From: Puniceicoccales bacterium
Lineage (GTDB): Bacteria; Verrucomicrobiota; Verrucomicrobiia; Opitutales; JAIRKQ01
NCBI GenBank assembly: GCA_031260055.1
Contig: JAIRKQ010000003.1
Location: 9,113-73,112, forward strand
DNA length: 64,000 nucleotides
Reading direction: 5' to 3'
Below the pieces are notes generated by a model. The model saw only the letters and a program-made list of their open reading frames with translations. It had not been told where the DNA came from and ran no database searches. This document shows, one piece after another, positions 20,179 through 30,366 of this stretch; the stretch's first letter is position 1; each line of letters starts with the position of its first letter. The translations under genes were made by a program, and so were the position numbers.

Positions 20179-20790
20179 ATGGTAGGTAAAAAGGCTGGTA
20201 TGACGCAGTTGTATAATGCGGCTGGTGTTTTAGTACCTGTTACCGTTGTTGAGATGTGCAGAACGGTTGTTGCCAGTGTTAGAACTGTAGACTCCAGCGG
20301 TTATTCTGCCGTTCAATTTGGCTTTTTTGGGGAAAAAGCTGGGGCAGATAATGGGAAAAAAGAACTTCCCGCTTTCGATATATTAAAAGAACTTAGAATT
20401 GATGATGCCGCTTCATACGAAGTAGGTACAAGTCTATCTGTCGACGAGTTTGCAAAAGGTGAACTTGTAGACGTAATAGGGAAAACAAAGGGTAAAGGTT
20501 TCCAGGGAGTTATGAAGCGCCATGGATTTTCTGGTGGACCTGCTTCCCATGGATCCATGTTTCATAGGCGAGGGGGATCCTATGGTCAACGCCAATGGCC
20601 CGGCCATGTTTTTAAGGGGCGCAAAATGCCTGGTCATGCTGGCAACAAACGCCGTACCATACAAAATTTAGAAATTATAGATACGAATGTCGAAAAACAA
20701 CTGCTAGTCATCAAGGGAAGCTTCCCGGGAACAAAAGATGGATATATTGTTGTTCGCCGTGCGAAAAAGTCGTTGGAGGGAAAAGGATGA
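20179..20790 (+). CDS. rplC: 50S ribosomal protein L3
   Basis: MVGKKAGMTQLY... and FQGVMKRHGFSGGPASHGS. The ORF track starts at 20152. I prefer ATG 20179, which is preceded by AAGAGGA. Confidence 0.95.
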   Translation: MVGKKAGMTQLYNAAGVLVPVTVVEMCRTVVASVRTVDSSGYSAVQFGFFGEKAGADNGKKELPAFDILKELRIDDAASYEVGTSLSVDEFAKGELVDVIGKTKGKGFQGVMKRHGFSGGPASHGSMFHRRGGSYGQRQWPGHVFKGRKMPGHAGNKRRTIQNLEIIDTNVEKQLLVIKGSFPGTKDGYIVVRRAKKSLEGKG

Positions 20791-21422
20791 AGCTGAAATT
20801 CTATAGCAGTAATTTTTCTTCCTGTTCGGAAAGTGACATTCCTGGTTTTATATCCTTGGATGGGGACAAGGGAGTTTCTGCATTAAAACAGTATTTGGTC
20901 GCCTTGGAGGCTAATTTGCGACAGGGAAATGCTTGTGCAAAAGACAGAGGCGATGTTTCTGGGACCGGAAAGAAACCATATCGCCAGAAGGGGACAGGCA
21001 TGGCACGCCATGGGTCAAAGCGTAGTCCGATTTGGGCAGGCGGTGGGGTCGTATTTGGACCGAAACCCCGTGATTATTCGCAAAAGGTTAACAAGCGGGT
21101 GAAACGTCTTGCGCTTATGCGAGCTTTGTCGGATAAGGCCCTCGAAGGAACTCTATTCGTGGTTGATAAGCTAGTCTGCGACAAACCGAAAACGAAAAAG
21201 TTTAACATTTTGCTGGGAAAAGCATTCCAAAGCGGTTCCATTTTATTTGTCGATGATAATTTCAATACAAATTTTGTTTTAGCATCTAGAAATATCGAGC
21301 GTGTATTTATGATTGACAGCAATTCGTTAAATGCATTTGATGTGGTGCGCCATGGAAATGTTGTAATTAGTGACAAGGCAATAAAAGCCATGGTGGCTCG
21401 TTTGACTGACAACAAGGAGTAA
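20787..21422 (+). CDS. rplD: 50S ribosomal protein L4
   Basis: GTGKKPYRQKGTGMARHGSKRSPIWAGGGVVFGPKPR. ATGA overlap with rplC. Confidence 0.95.
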   Translation: MKLKFYSSNFSSCSESDIPGFISLDGDKGVSALKQYLVALEANLRQGNACAKDRGDVSGTGKKPYRQKGTGMARHGSKRSPIWAGGGVVFGPKPRDYSQKVNKRVKRLALMRALSDKALEGTLFVVDKLVCDKPKTKKFNILLGKAFQSGSILFVDDNFNTNFVLASRNIERVFMIDSNSLNAFDVVRHGNVVISDKAIKAMVARLTDNKE

Positions 21423-21428
21423 AATTAA

Positions 21429-21728
21429 ATGGAAAACTTTGGGATATTGAAAGAAATTTTACTCACGGAAAAGTCGAACGCATTGTTGTCGGATAAGCAG
21501 CAATATGTTTTCGTAGTTGATTCAAAAACCAACAAGGGACAAATTGCAAGAGCCGTTGAAAAAGTGTTTAACGTAAAAGTTGTTAGGGTGAATATTATAA
21601 ACTGTTGCGGAAGGCCTAAACGTGTCCGATCGAAATCATCCAGTCAAACCCGTCGCTATACTTTGGTCGGGAAGAAAAAGAAGGCAATAGTTGTTTTAAA
21701 AGATGGTTATAAAATAGATGTGGCTTAA
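21429..21728 (+). CDS. rplW: 50S ribosomal protein L23
   Basis: LLTEKS...YVFVVDSKTNKGQIARAVEKVFNVKV, plus operon position. Confidence 0.93.
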   Translation: MENFGILKEILLTEKSNALLSDKQQYVFVVDSKTNKGQIARAVEKVFNVKVVRVNIINCCGRPKRVRSKSSSQTRRYTLVGKKKKAIVVLKDGYKIDVA

Positions 21729-21764
21729 TGGTAAAGTAATGCGAAATATGCGAAGGAAAAACAA

Positions 21765-22616
21765 ATGGCTATTGTAAAATTGAGACCAATCACACCGGGG
21801 CAGCGTTTTTTAATAAAGACGAGTGTCGATGTTTCTAAGACCAATGCACCCAACAGAAGGTTAACGCAAAGTAAGTTGCGCATAAGCGGCCGCAACTGCT
21901 ACGGACGTATAACAATGCGCAGAAGGGGTGGTGGCCATAAAAGGTTATGGCGCGTTATAGACTTTAGAAGGGATAAAATCGATATTCCTGCCGTTGTAGA
22001 ACGCATAGAATATGATCCCAATAGATCTGCAAATATTGCACTGCTAAAGTATGCCGATGGAGAAAAGCGTTATATTTTGGCAACTGAAAAAATGGCAGAA
22101 GGGTCCGCCGTGGTAAGCTCAAATGAACCTCAGGATGAATATGACGAAGGAATGGCTTTACCTTTGTTTTTAATACCGCAGGGATTAAAAGTTCACTGCA
22201 TAGAGTATGAGCCGGGCAAAGGAGCCCAACTGGTTCGAGCGGCAGGGGGAGCAGCCCAATTGGTGGCGATTGATGGTGACAGAGCTACTTTGCGAATGCC
22301 AAGCGGAGAAATTCGATGTGTTCATTCCCGTTGTCGGGCAACAATTGGAGAAATTGGCAATGCGGAAAAAGGAAAAACATCCCTTGGGAAAGCTGGACGT
22401 AACCGGTGGCTTGGTCGACGGCCAAGGGTCCGTGGAGTTGCCATGAATCCTATCGATCATCCAATGGGCGGTGGACATGGAAAAACTTCTGGAGGTGGGC
22501 ATCCGGTCTCTCCATGGGGACAATTGTCCAAGGGCAAACCAACTCGCAGGAGATCTAAACCTTCAAATAGTTCCATTGTTGTTAGAAGAAATGGTAGAAA
22601 AGTTAGAAAAAGTTGA
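21765..22616 (+). CDS. rplB: 50S ribosomal protein L2
   Basis: RRRGGGHKRLWRVIDFRR ... RPRVRGVAMNPIDHPMGGGHGKTSGG. Confidence 0.97.
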   Translation: MAIVKLRPITPGQRFLIKTSVDVSKTNAPNRRLTQSKLRISGRNCYGRITMRRRGGGHKRLWRVIDFRRDKIDIPAVVERIEYDPNRSANIALLKYADGEKRYILATEKMAEGSAVVSSNEPQDEYDEGMALPLFLIPQGLKVHCIEYEPGKGAQLVRAAGGAAQLVAIDGDRATLRMPSGEIRCVHSRCRATIGEIGNAEKGKTSLGKAGRNRWLGRRPRVRGVAMNPIDHPMGGGHGKTSGGGHPVSPWGQLSKGKPTRRRSKPSNSSIVVRRNGRKVRKS

Positions 22617-22633
22617 AAAATAGGGTATAAACA

Positions 22634-22906
22634 ATGACGCGGTCGAGAAAAAAAGGTTTTTTTGTGGATGTTAGCTTGGCAGACAAGGTCGCAGGGGCGT
22701 TGTCAACTGGAATGCGGAAACCAATCAAGACATGGTCCAGGCGGTCCACGATTACGCCAGACTTTGTAGGGCTGACTTTTTTGGTTCATAATGGTAAAAA
22801 GTTTGTTGACATTTATGTAACCGAAAACATGGTCGGACATAAATTAGGGGAGTTTGCGCCAACCAGAATGTTTAAATCGCATAACCCGCATACTCAGAAG
22901 GCCTAA
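22634..22906 (+). CDS. rpsS: 30S ribosomal protein S19
   Basis: [12 protein letters not shown] ... [25 protein letters not shown] ... [11 protein letters not shown]. Confidence 0.96.
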   Translation: MTRSRKKGFFVDVSLADKVAGALSTGMRKPIKTWSRRSTITPDFVGLTFLVHNGKKFVDIYVTENMVGHKLGEFAPTRMFKSHNPHTQKA

Positions 22907-22916
22907 GGAAGAATCA

Positions 22917-23294
22917 ATGAAGAAAGAAACACCAGTGAAAGAGCCGGCATATCCGAAAGCAACGCTAAAGTATGTTAGAATTTCAGCAAAAAAAGTTCGA
23001 GACTTGGCACGGTTGCTAAAAGGGAAGCCTGTCCTTGATGCGGTGGCTTTTGTAAAGAACATTCGTAGAAAATCTGCGAGAATGATAGGTGATCTTCTGC
23101 ATAGTGCCATAGCAAATGCGGAAAACAATAACAATTTGGCGGCTAACAAGTTGATGATTGAGTCTGTAATAGTGGAGGATGGCCCTGTTTTGAAGCGTTT
23201 TATTCCGGCTGCTAGAGGGTCAGCACATCCAATAAGAAAGCGCATGTCGCACATTCGCCTTATTCTAAGGAACATTGATAAAAAGGTAGGTTAA
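22917..23294 (+). CDS. rplV: 50S ribosomal protein L22
   Basis: YVRISAKKVRDLARLLKGK and PAARGSAHPIRKRMSHI. ATG 22917 follows AAGGAAG. The longer ORF from 22854 overlaps rpsS. Confidence 0.94.
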   Translation: MKKETPVKEPAYPKATLKYVRISAKKVRDLARLLKGKPVLDAVAFVKNIRRKSARMIGDLLHSAIANAENNNNLAANKLMIESVIVEDGPVLKRFIPAARGSAHPIRKRMSHIRLILRNIDKKVG

Positions 23295-23301
23295 GTTTAT
23301 T

Positions 23302-23952
23302 ATGGGTCAGAAGGTTAATCCTGTAGTTTTTCGTTTGCCAGTTCGGCGTGATTGGCGGTCGCGCTGGTTCGCGGACAGCAAAAATTTTTCAAAATTTCTA
23401 CTAGATGATTTTAGGATACGTCGTTTCATAAAAATGAAATTGAAATATGTTTCCATCGCACGCATTGACATTGAACGTTCCGGGGATAAAGTTCGGGTAA
23501 AGCTTGCGACCCCAAGGCCAGGAGTCATCATAGGGGTCAAGGGTAAGGAACTTGATAAATTAACCGATGAATTAAAAGCGTTAACCCACTCTGATATAAT
23601 AGTCGATGTGCAGGAAATAAAGCGTCCTGATTTAGTTGCACAACTTGTGGCAGAAAACGTTGCGATGCAAATAGAACGCCGGATTGCTTTTAGGCGTGCT
23701 CTCAAGAAAGTTGTTCAGTCGGCTATGAGTTTTGGCGCTAATGGCATAAGAGTTCGCTGTTCCGGGCGACTTGGGGGTGCCGAAATCGCTAGGACGGAAG
23801 AACAAAAGGAGGGTTGTGTGCCTTTACACACGCTAAGGGCTAATATCGACTATGGTTTTGCTGAGGCTAATACGTCCGCAGGGAAAATAGGGATTAAGTG
23901 TTGGCTGTTTAATCAAAAAGAGGAAGTATTTTCTCGAAAAAAAATCGGATAA
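23302..23952 (+). CDS. rpsC: 30S ribosomal protein S3
   Basis: MGQKVNPVVFRL...W.SRWFA and the KH-domain block RPGVIIGVKGKE. Confidence 0.96.
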   Translation: MGQKVNPVVFRLPVRRDWRSRWFADSKNFSKFLLDDFRIRRFIKMKLKYVSIARIDIERSGDKVRVKLATPRPGVIIGVKGKELDKLTDELKALTHSDIIVDVQEIKRPDLVAQLVAENVAMQIERRIAFRRALKKVVQSAMSFGANGIRVRCSGRLGGAEIARTEEQKEGCVPLHTLRANIDYGFAEANTSAGKIGIKCWLFNQKEEVFSRKKIG

Positions 23953-23964
23953 ATAGTACCTATT

Positions 23965-24387
23965 ATGAGCAATTTATTACCGTCAAAAACCAAATATAGG
24001 AAGGTGCATAAAGGGCGCAATCGGGGAATTGCTAAAGGCGGCGATACTATCGCGTTTGGTGATTTTGCCATACAATCCTTTGAACGTGGAAGTATTACGT
24101 CCGCTCAATTGGAAGCTGCTCGTATTGCCATTAATAGGCATCTAAAGAGAAAAGGAAAAGTTTGGATGCGTTTGTTTCCGCAAAAGCCGATTACTAAAAA
24201 GCCGGCTGAAACCCGTATGGGAAAGGGGAAAGGTGGAGTGGAATATTGGGTATCAATCATCAAGCCGGGAAGTATTATTTTTGAGGTTGCTGGTGTTTCA
24301 GCAACGTTGGCTCGCGAGGCCATACGGTTAGCCGACTGTAAATTACCGGTCCATTGTCGTTTCATCTGCCGTGAAGAACAGATCTAA
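23965..24387 (+). CDS. rplP: 50S ribosomal protein L16
   Basis: LPSKTKYRKVHKGRNRG ... ETRMGKGKGGVEYWV. Confidence 0.96.
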   Translation: MSNLLPSKTKYRKVHKGRNRGIAKGGDTIAFGDFAIQSFERGSITSAQLEAARIAINRHLKRKGKVWMRLFPQKPITKKPAETRMGKGKGGVEYWVSIIKPGSIIFEVAGVSATLAREAIRLADCKLPVHCRFICREEQI

Positions 24388-24398
24388 TAGGGAAATAT

Positions 24399-24590
24399 AT
24401 GAAAAATAAGGATTTTATTAATTTGACCTATCAGGAAATTTGCCAAAAGGAAATGGAATTGCGTGATGAACTCATACGTTTGAAGTTGAAGCGTAAGATT
24501 GGACAATTGGAAAAAACTCATAGGTTTTCTGAAATAAGGCGTAACATAGCTAGGCTTATGGGCCTAAAATCACGCCAGAGCAAGGATTAG
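24399..24590 (+). CDS. rpmC: 50S ribosomal protein L29
   Basis: 63 aa with ELRDELIRLKLKRKIGQLEKTHRFSEIRRNIARL, plus operon position. Confidence 0.9.
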   Translation: MKNKDFINLTYQEICQKEMELRDELIRLKLKRKIGQLEKTHRFSEIRRNIARLMGLKSRQSKD

Positions 24591-24593
24591 GTT

Positions 24594-24872
24594 ATGGAAA
24601 ATAAGAGCAAAAGAAATTTTAGAAAGTTTTTTGTGGGAAATGTCGTCCAAAAGTCAGGCAATAAAACGATAAAGGTTGCTTGTTTTTACAAAACCCCCCA
24701 CTCCGTTTATCAGAAAGAGGTTAAGCGTAAAACCGTCATCTATGTTCACGATGAGGATAACAAGTGTGCCGTCGGAGATTCCGTTCGCGTCTTCGAGACA
24801 AGACCATTGAGCAGATTGAAACGCTGGCGCGTAGGGAGCATAATAAGTACAGCTTCCAATATTAACATATGA
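24594..24872 (+). CDS. rpsQ: 30S ribosomal protein S17
   Basis: [16 protein letters not shown] ... [25 protein letters not shown]. Confidence 0.93.
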   Translation: MENKSKRNFRKFFVGNVVQKSGNKTIKVACFYKTPHSVYQKEVKRKTVIYVHDEDNKCAVGDSVRVFETRPLSRLKRWRVGSIISTASNINI

Positions 24873-24886
24873 AGGAAACAAATATC

Positions 24887-25252
24887 ATGTTACAGCAGGA
24901 AAGCATTTTAGAGGTCGCAGATAATGTAGGAGCCAAACAGGTCAAAATGATAAGGCGACTGGGCCAAAATAAGCGAACTGCTACCGCTGGAGATATAATT
25001 ATTTGTAGCGTTCAGTCGAGTATTCCAGAATCTACCATAAAAAAAGGAGCCGTTGTGTCTGCCGTAATAGTAAGGACTAAGTACCCAATCAGACGAGAAG
25101 ATGGAAGTTATTTGAGGTTTGACAGCAATGCTTGTGTCATAATAGATGATAAAAAAAATCCAAAGGGTACCAGAATTTTTGGCCCGGTAGCGAGGGAATT
25201 GAGGCAAAAGAATTTCACCAAAATAATTTCGTTGGCCCTGGAGGTAATATGA
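24887..25252 (+). CDS. rplN: 50S ribosomal protein L14
   Basis: [17 protein letters not shown] ... [15 protein letters not shown] 24887 follows GAAGGAAAC. Confidence 0.96.
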   Translation: MLQQESILEVADNVGAKQVKMIRRLGQNKRTATAGDIIICSVQSSIPESTIKKGAVVSAVIVRTKYPIRREDGSYLRFDSNACVIIDDKKNPKGTRIFGPVARELRQKNFTKIISLALEVI

Positions 25253-25515
25253 AGCAAACATTAAAAAGAGGTGATGAGGTTGTAGTCCTAGCAGGGGATG
25301 CTAAAAATCAAACCGGGAAAGTGATCAAGGTTCTGCGGGGGAAAAATAAAGTCATTGTCGAAGGTGTCGCCGTTGCGAGGAGACACATGCGCAAGTCGCA
25401 GGAGTATCCCAATGGGACAATTATTGATAAGCTAATGCCTATTCATTTGTCAAATGTTGCTCGGAAATCGATGAAAAATGGGTCGGAAGGTGCAAAGAAG
25501 AATAAAAATGCTTGA
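25249..25515 (+). CDS. rplX: 50S ribosomal protein L24
   Basis: [26 protein letters not shown] motif. ATGA overlap with rplN. Confidence 0.93.
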   Translation: MKQTLKRGDEVVVLAGDAKNQTGKVIKVLRGKNKVIVEGVAVARRHMRKSQEYPNGTIIDKLMPIHLSNVARKSMKNGSEGAKKNKNA

Positions 25516-25562
25516 TTTTTTTAGCAATTTTTTTTGGGTGTTTCAAGCATAGTGATGAATAG

Positions 25563-26126
25563 ATGGATTTTCGAATGAACAAGCCAAAGCCATATTTTAA
25601 AAAAATATACGACGAGCGCATTTTCGCTGAACTTGCAAGGGAGTTCGCATTGAAAAATTGTCACCAAATTCCTAAATTAGAAAAAATAGTGATAAATTCA
25701 GCCATCAATGCCGATGCTGACAAAACGTTAATCCAGGAAATTCAGAAAGAAATTTCACTAATAGCTGGGCAAAAGTCCGTTCTAACGAAGGCAAAAAAAA
25801 GCATTTCGAATTTTAAATTGAGGAAGGGAATGACCGTGGGGACGATGGTTACGTTACGTGCCGATAATATGTACGAGTTTTTGTCAAAATTGATCTTCAT
25901 TACGTTGCCTAAAATTCGTGACTTTCGTGGTGTATCCAACAGGATGGATGGCCATGGAAATTATAATATGGGAATAAACGATCACACAATTTTCCCTGAG
26001 ATAAATATAGATCGGGAAAGAAAGCTAGTTGGAATGGACATAACTTTTGTTACATCGACCAATGATGATAAACAAGGACACGCTTTGTTGTCAAAATTTG
26101 GAATGCCGTTTAGGAAAAAATCATAG
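25563..26126 (+). CDS. rplE: 50S ribosomal protein L5
   Basis: IPKLEKIVINSAIN ... FPEINIDRERKLVGMDITFVTS. The start could instead be ATG 25575. Confidence 0.94.
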   Translation: MDFRMNKPKPYFKKIYDERIFAELAREFALKNCHQIPKLEKIVINSAINADADKTLIQEIQKEISLIAGQKSVLTKAKKSISNFKLRKGMTVGTMVTLRADNMYEFLSKLIFITLPKIRDFRGVSNRMDGHGNYNMGINDHTIFPEINIDRERKLVGMDITFVTSTNDDKQGHALLSKFGMPFRKKS

Positions 26127-26148
26127 AGTTCGGAAGGTATTTTAACGT

Positions 26149-26454
26149 ATGGCGAAAAAATCTGCAATTGCTAGGAATAATAGAAGGATAAAGCTGGTAG
26201 CTCTTTATGCCGAACGACGAAAGGAGTTGAAGCGTAAGCTATTGGATGTTAATTTGTCGGATAAGGATTATTTCGATGCTCAAAGGAAACTGGCCAAATT
26301 GCCGAGAAACTCTTCAAGGGTCAGGGTAAGAAATAGATGTGCTATAACTGGACGGGCAAGGGGCTTTCATGGGTGGTTTGGAATTTCAAGACTGCAGTTG
26401 AGGGAGATGGCATCTTTTGGTGAAATTCCAGGAATAACAAAGTCATCGTGGTAA
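26149..26454 (+). CDS. rpsN: 30S ribosomal protein S14 (long, non-zinc form)
   Basis: MAKKSAIARNNRR...RNRCAITGRARGF...ISRLQLREMASFGEIPGITKSSW. 101 aa. Confidence 0.95.
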   Translation: MAKKSAIARNNRRIKLVALYAERRKELKRKLLDVNLSDKDYFDAQRKLAKLPRNSSRVRVRNRCAITGRARGFHGWFGISRLQLREMASFGEIPGITKSSW

Positions 26455-26471
26455 TTTTGAGTGAGGAAAAA

Positions 26472-26861
26472 ATGGACGTTGTTGGTAATTTTATAACAAT
26501 CTTGAGAAATGCTAGTAGGGCAAATAAAGCGAGTTGTTGCGTGCAGTGGTCAGCTTTAAAGGATGGGATAGCAAAAATTTTCAAAGATAGGGGGTATATA
26601 AAGGACTTTGGGAAAGAACAAACGGCCGAAGGGCATGTGATACTGAGGGTATTTTTGAAGTATGTGAATGGAGTCGCTGCCATCACTGAAATTGGTAGAA
26701 TTGGAAAGCCAGGTCGCCGTCAATATGCTTCCAAAGAAAAAACCCCATCGATTTTGGGAGGGATGGGTGAGTGCGTTTTATCTACTTCCAAAGGCATTTT
26801 ATCGGGGAAAGCGGCCAAACAATTGGGAGTCGGTGGCGAGCTGATATGTTATGTTTTGTAG
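26472..26861 (+). CDS. rpsH: 30S ribosomal protein S8
   Basis: MDVVGNFITILRNASRA... and C-terminal GGELICYV. ATG 26472 follows GAGGAAAAA. Confidence 0.94.
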   Translation: MDVVGNFITILRNASRANKASCCVQWSALKDGIAKIFKDRGYIKDFGKEQTAEGHVILRVFLKYVNGVAAITEIGRIGKPGRRQYASKEKTPSILGGMGECVLSTSKGILSGKAAKQLGVGGELICYVL

Positions 26862-26873
26862 GTAAATAAAAAA

Positions 26874-27419
26874 ATGAGTAGGATAGGCAAGTCTCCCATA
26901 TGTATTTCTTCGAAGGTGAAGGTTGTTGTTGATGGCAGCCATGTAATCGTCGAAGGTCCATTGGGTAAAAACGAAAAAACTTTCGATGATTCCGTCATCA
27001 TTAAACAGGTGGACGATGAAATATGTGTGTGTTGTAGGGATGAAAATGACAAACATTCTTGCATGATGCATGGGACCGTTAGGTCCATAATAGACTCGAT
27101 GGTGGCCGGCGTTGTAAACGGATATTCAAAGAATCTTGAAATAAGCGGCGTTGGATTTAAAGTAGCAATGAAAGGGCAAAATGTTTTAGACCTTAACCTT
27201 GGGTACTCCCATGATATTTTATATACCATCCCAAATGGTATTAAGCTCGAAATTGATCCATCGGGGACAAAGGTTGCCGTGAAAGGCATTGATAAAAAGC
27301 TTGTTGGTCAAGTGGCTGCCGATATAAAAAGGTTTTATCCCGTGGAACCTTATAAGGGTAAAGGAGTTAGAATAGTGGGAGAATTTGTGAGACGCAAGGA
27401 AGGAAAGAAAACGGCATAA
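26874..27419 (+). CDS. rplF: 50S ribosomal protein L6
   Basis: MSRIGKSPI ... LEISGVGFKVAMKGQNVLDLNLGYSH ... EPYKGKGVR. Confidence 0.95.
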   Translation: MSRIGKSPICISSKVKVVVDGSHVIVEGPLGKNEKTFDDSVIIKQVDDEICVCCRDENDKHSCMMHGTVRSIIDSMVAGVVNGYSKNLEISGVGFKVAMKGQNVLDLNLGYSHDILYTIPNGIKLEIDPSGTKVAVKGIDKKLVGQVAADIKRFYPVEPYKGKGVRIVGEFVRRKEGKKTA

Positions 27420-27446
27420 AATGATGTTGTTTTGAGGATTAAAAGT

Positions 27447-27806
27447 ATGCAAATTGATAAAAAAGTACGCAGAGAAAAACGGAAAAAACGGGTAAGGAAA
27501 TACATCATTGGCACTGCCATAAGACCTAGGTTGTCTGTGAGATTTTCCGGAAAACACATTTATGCCCAGTGCGTAAATGATGAAGTTGGGAGTACGCTGG
27601 TATTTTTAAGTACTTTGGCGAAGGAAGCGAAGGCGCAAAAGGCAATTGCCAATGTTGCTGGAGCGAGTTTTTTGGGGAAAATGTTTGGAGAAAAGGCTAT
27701 TTCTTTTGGAATAAAGCAGGTTGTGTTTGACAGAGGAGGACGAAAATATCATGGTTGTATACAAAGTTTTGCCGATGCAGTTCGTGGAGCAGGTTTGTTG
27801 TTTTAG
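27447..27806 (+). CDS. rplR: 50S ribosomal protein L18
   Basis: RPRLSVRFSGKHIYAQCVND ... VVFDRGGRKYHGCIQSFADAVRGAGL. ATG 27447 follows GAGGA. The ORF-track start at 27432 is TTG. Confidence 0.94.
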   Translation: MQIDKKVRREKRKKRVRKYIIGTAIRPRLSVRFSGKHIYAQCVNDEVGSTLVFLSTLAKEAKAQKAIANVAGASFLGKMFGEKAISFGIKQVVFDRGGRKYHGCIQSFADAVRGAGLLF

Positions 27807-27821
27807 TATGTAGGTTGAAAT

Positions 27822-28385
27822 ATGAGTGATTTTAAAAAATCGGAAAAAAAGACCAATAATTTTCGCAAAAAGCAGAGAAATGACGGTAGTCATTCGGCAA
27901 AGGCTGAGCGCGGGGAGTTAAAAGAAAAGGTTATTCATGTAAACCGTTGCGCAAAGGTAGTCAAGGGGGGTAGGCGGTTTGGATTTGCCGCATTGGTTGT
28001 CGTTGGAGATCAAAAGGGAAGAATAGGAGTTGGATATGGAAAAGCAAAGGAAGTTCCTGAAGCGATTAAAAAAGGGACCGAACGGGCGAAAAAAAATATG
28101 ACATCGTTTCAATTAAATGAAGCTACTGTTCCCCACATGGCCATGGGCATTTCCGATGGAGGTCGTGTTTTACTGCGCCCAGCGGCTCCCGGTACAGGTG
28201 TTATCGCTGGCGGTGGAGTCCGTGCCGTTCTTGAAATGTTGGGCATAAAAGATGTGTTGACGAAATCGATGGGGTCGAATAATCAGATTGCGGTAGTCAA
28301 TGCAACCTTGGATGCGCTAGGGAAGATGCGGAGCTATGCACTAATCAAACAGATGCGAGCTGCGACTGGCGATGAAATTATATAG
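27822..28385 (+). CDS. rpsE: 30S ribosomal protein S5
   Basis: [46 protein letters not shown] ... [12 protein letters not shown]. Confidence 0.96.
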   Translation: MSDFKKSEKKTNNFRKKQRNDGSHSAKAERGELKEKVIHVNRCAKVVKGGRRFGFAALVVVGDQKGRIGVGYGKAKEVPEAIKKGTERAKKNMTSFQLNEATVPHMAMGISDGGRVLLRPAAPGTGVIAGGGVRAVLEMLGIKDVLTKSMGSNNQIAVVNATLDALGKMRSYALIKQMRAATGDEII

Positions 28386-28398
28386 AAGGATTTAACCA

Positions 28399-28854
28399 AT
28401 GAAACTTAATGAATTGCCAAAGATTTTAGCTTACTCAAAAAATACCAAGCGGCGAGGTAAGGGAGTTGGTTCCGGTCAGGGGAAAACTGCAGGGCGGGGC
28501 CATAAGGGAGGCAAAGCTCGTGCTGGATATAGCCCAGCACCATGTTGCAGCGGTATTCCATTTTACAGACATTTTCCAATCCGTGGATTTTCCAATGAAA
28601 GGTTTCGTGTACCATTCGCTATCGTGAATTTACAAGATCTTGTTGATCTTCAACTTGATACCGTGGATAAGCCGTGTATGCAACGGCGGGGATTGATCAA
28701 AAATAGTGAAATTTTGGTTAAAGTTCTTGGAGGTGTAACACTTTCCAAACCAATTACGGTGATTGCCGATAAATTTTCTAAAAGTGCCATTGAAGCCATA
28801 GAAAATGCAGGGGGTAAGGCCGTGATTTTGTTGGATGAATCACAGAAAAAATAA
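28399..28854 (+). CDS. rplO: 50S ribosomal protein L15
   Basis: MKLNELP...RRGKGVGSGQGKTAGRGHKGGKAR. It follows rpsE directly, leaving no room for rpmD. Confidence 0.95.
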   Translation: MKLNELPKILAYSKNTKRRGKGVGSGQGKTAGRGHKGGKARAGYSPAPCCSGIPFYRHFPIRGFSNERFRVPFAIVNLQDLVDLQLDTVDKPCMQRRGLIKNSEILVKVLGGVTLSKPITVIADKFSKSAIEAIENAGGKAVILLDESQKK

Positions 28855-28866
28855 TGGTGATGTAAG

Positions 28867-30366
28867 ATGTTATCAGCTTTTGCAAATTGCTTTAAAATTA
28901 CAGATCTGCGCAATAGGATTCTTATTACGCTAGCATTGTTGTTTGTTGCTCGTGTTGGGGCCAGCATTCCGTTGCCCGGTTTGGATCCATTGCCACTTAC
29001 AAATTTTATGATGTCCAAAGCTTCCGTGTCGGGTGGAATAATGGACCTCTATAACATGTTCACGGGAGGAGCCCTATTAAAGGGGGCCATATTTGGGCTT
29101 GGCATTATGCCCTACATAAGCGCATCCATCATCATGCAGCTTCTAGGGGCCATAAATCCAGCATTGGCTAGGTTGCAACATGAAGGAGAGGTGGGTAGGC
29201 AAAAAATAGCACAGTATACCCGCTATTTGACGGTCGTCGTTTGTTTTATTCAAGGATGGCTTTTAGTTATGGCCCTGGCTAACTATCCTGACAAGCTTTT
29301 CTATGGATTTAATGCCAATCAGTATGGCAATATTATTATAAAAGATGGCGTGTCCTTTTTCATAACGTCCACAATATTTTTGACGACCGGTACGTTGATT
29401 TTGGTCTGGATTGGAGAGCAAATTTCCCAGATTGGCATAGGGAATGGCATTTCTCTCCTCATAGCTGCAGGGATCTTATCTTCAATGCCTGGAGCCATCA
29501 TCCAGGCGGTCAAAATGTTCAAAGTCTCCGCGGGAATGCCAAAGATTTTCGGCCTATGGCATGGGGTATTAATGCTAACACTATTAATTTCTGTGGTAGC
29601 TCTTATGATATCCGTTACTCAAGCGGATAGGAAAATCCCGGTACAGTATGTTTCCCGCATAGTTGGACGTAAAATGTATGCAGGCCAGTCCTCTTATCTT
29701 CCTTTGAAAATTAACTATTCCGGAGTCATGCCGGTAATTTTCGCAAGTGCCATATTACTCTTTCCCCAACAGATATTTGCCTATGTGGGAGCTGCAACGG
29801 GCATAAGGTTTTTTCAAAAAGCTTCCATGGTTTTGAGCCATGGTTCAACCACCTATTACATTTTGTATGGTTTGCTCATTTTGTGTTTTAGCTATTTTTG
29901 GGTATCGATAATGTTTCGACCTACCCAAATAGCGGATGAATTGAAAAAGAACGGAGGGTACGTCCCAGGGATTAAGCCGGGGGAGGCTACGGCAACATTT
30001 TTAGACTTTGTCATGACCCGTCTGACGTTTGCAGGAACGGTATTTCTGACGGCAGTAGCCTTATTACCAGATTTGTTATTTTTTTCATTTGGTATTTCCT
30101 ATTCCGTTGCTTTATTTTTTGGGGGAACGGGGACGTTGATTTCGGTTGGTGTTGTCCTTGATACCATGAAGCAAATAGAAGGCCATCTGTTGCAAAAAAA
30201 TTATGACGGATTTCTAAAAAAGATAAAGATTCGAACGAACAGTAAAATTGAATCCCCAAACGATGTTTCCAAGACTCGCAGGATTGTTTATGCCGCCATG
30301 GCTGTCCTATTGGGAATAATTATTACGTGGATCGTCGTTTGCCATGGGAAGGGGCATTGCAAATGA
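28867..30366 (+). CDS. secY: Preprotein translocase subunit SecY, with a C-terminal extension carrying an extra TM segment
   Basis: DLRNRILITLALLFVARVGASIPLPG, GIMPYISASIIMQLL and FGGTGTLISVGVVLDT. 499 aa. The last ~45 aa (TNSKIESPND...IVYAAMAVLLGIIITWIVVCHGKGHCK) lie beyond the normal SecY end. Confidence 0.95.
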   Translation: MLSAFANCFKITDLRNRILITLALLFVARVGASIPLPGLDPLPLTNFMMSKASVSGGIMDLYNMFTGGALLKGAIFGLGIMPYISASIIMQLLGAINPALARLQHEGEVGRQKIAQYTRYLTVVVCFIQGWLLVMALANYPDKLFYGFNANQYGNIIIKDGVSFFITSTIFLTTGTLILVWIGEQISQIGIGNGISLLIAAGILSSMPGAIIQAVKMFKVSAGMPKIFGLWHGVLMLTLLISVVALMISVTQADRKIPVQYVSRIVGRKMYAGQSSYLPLKINYSGVMPVIFASAILLFPQQIFAYVGAATGIRFFQKASMVLSHGSTTYYILYGLLILCFSYFWVSIMFRPTQIADELKKNGGYVPGIKPGEATATFLDFVMTRLTFAGTVFLTAVALLPDLLFFSFGISYSVALFFGGTGTLISVGVVLDTMKQIEGHLLQKNYDGFLKKIKIRTNSKIESPNDVSKTRRIVYAAMAVLLGIIITWIVVCHGKGHCK

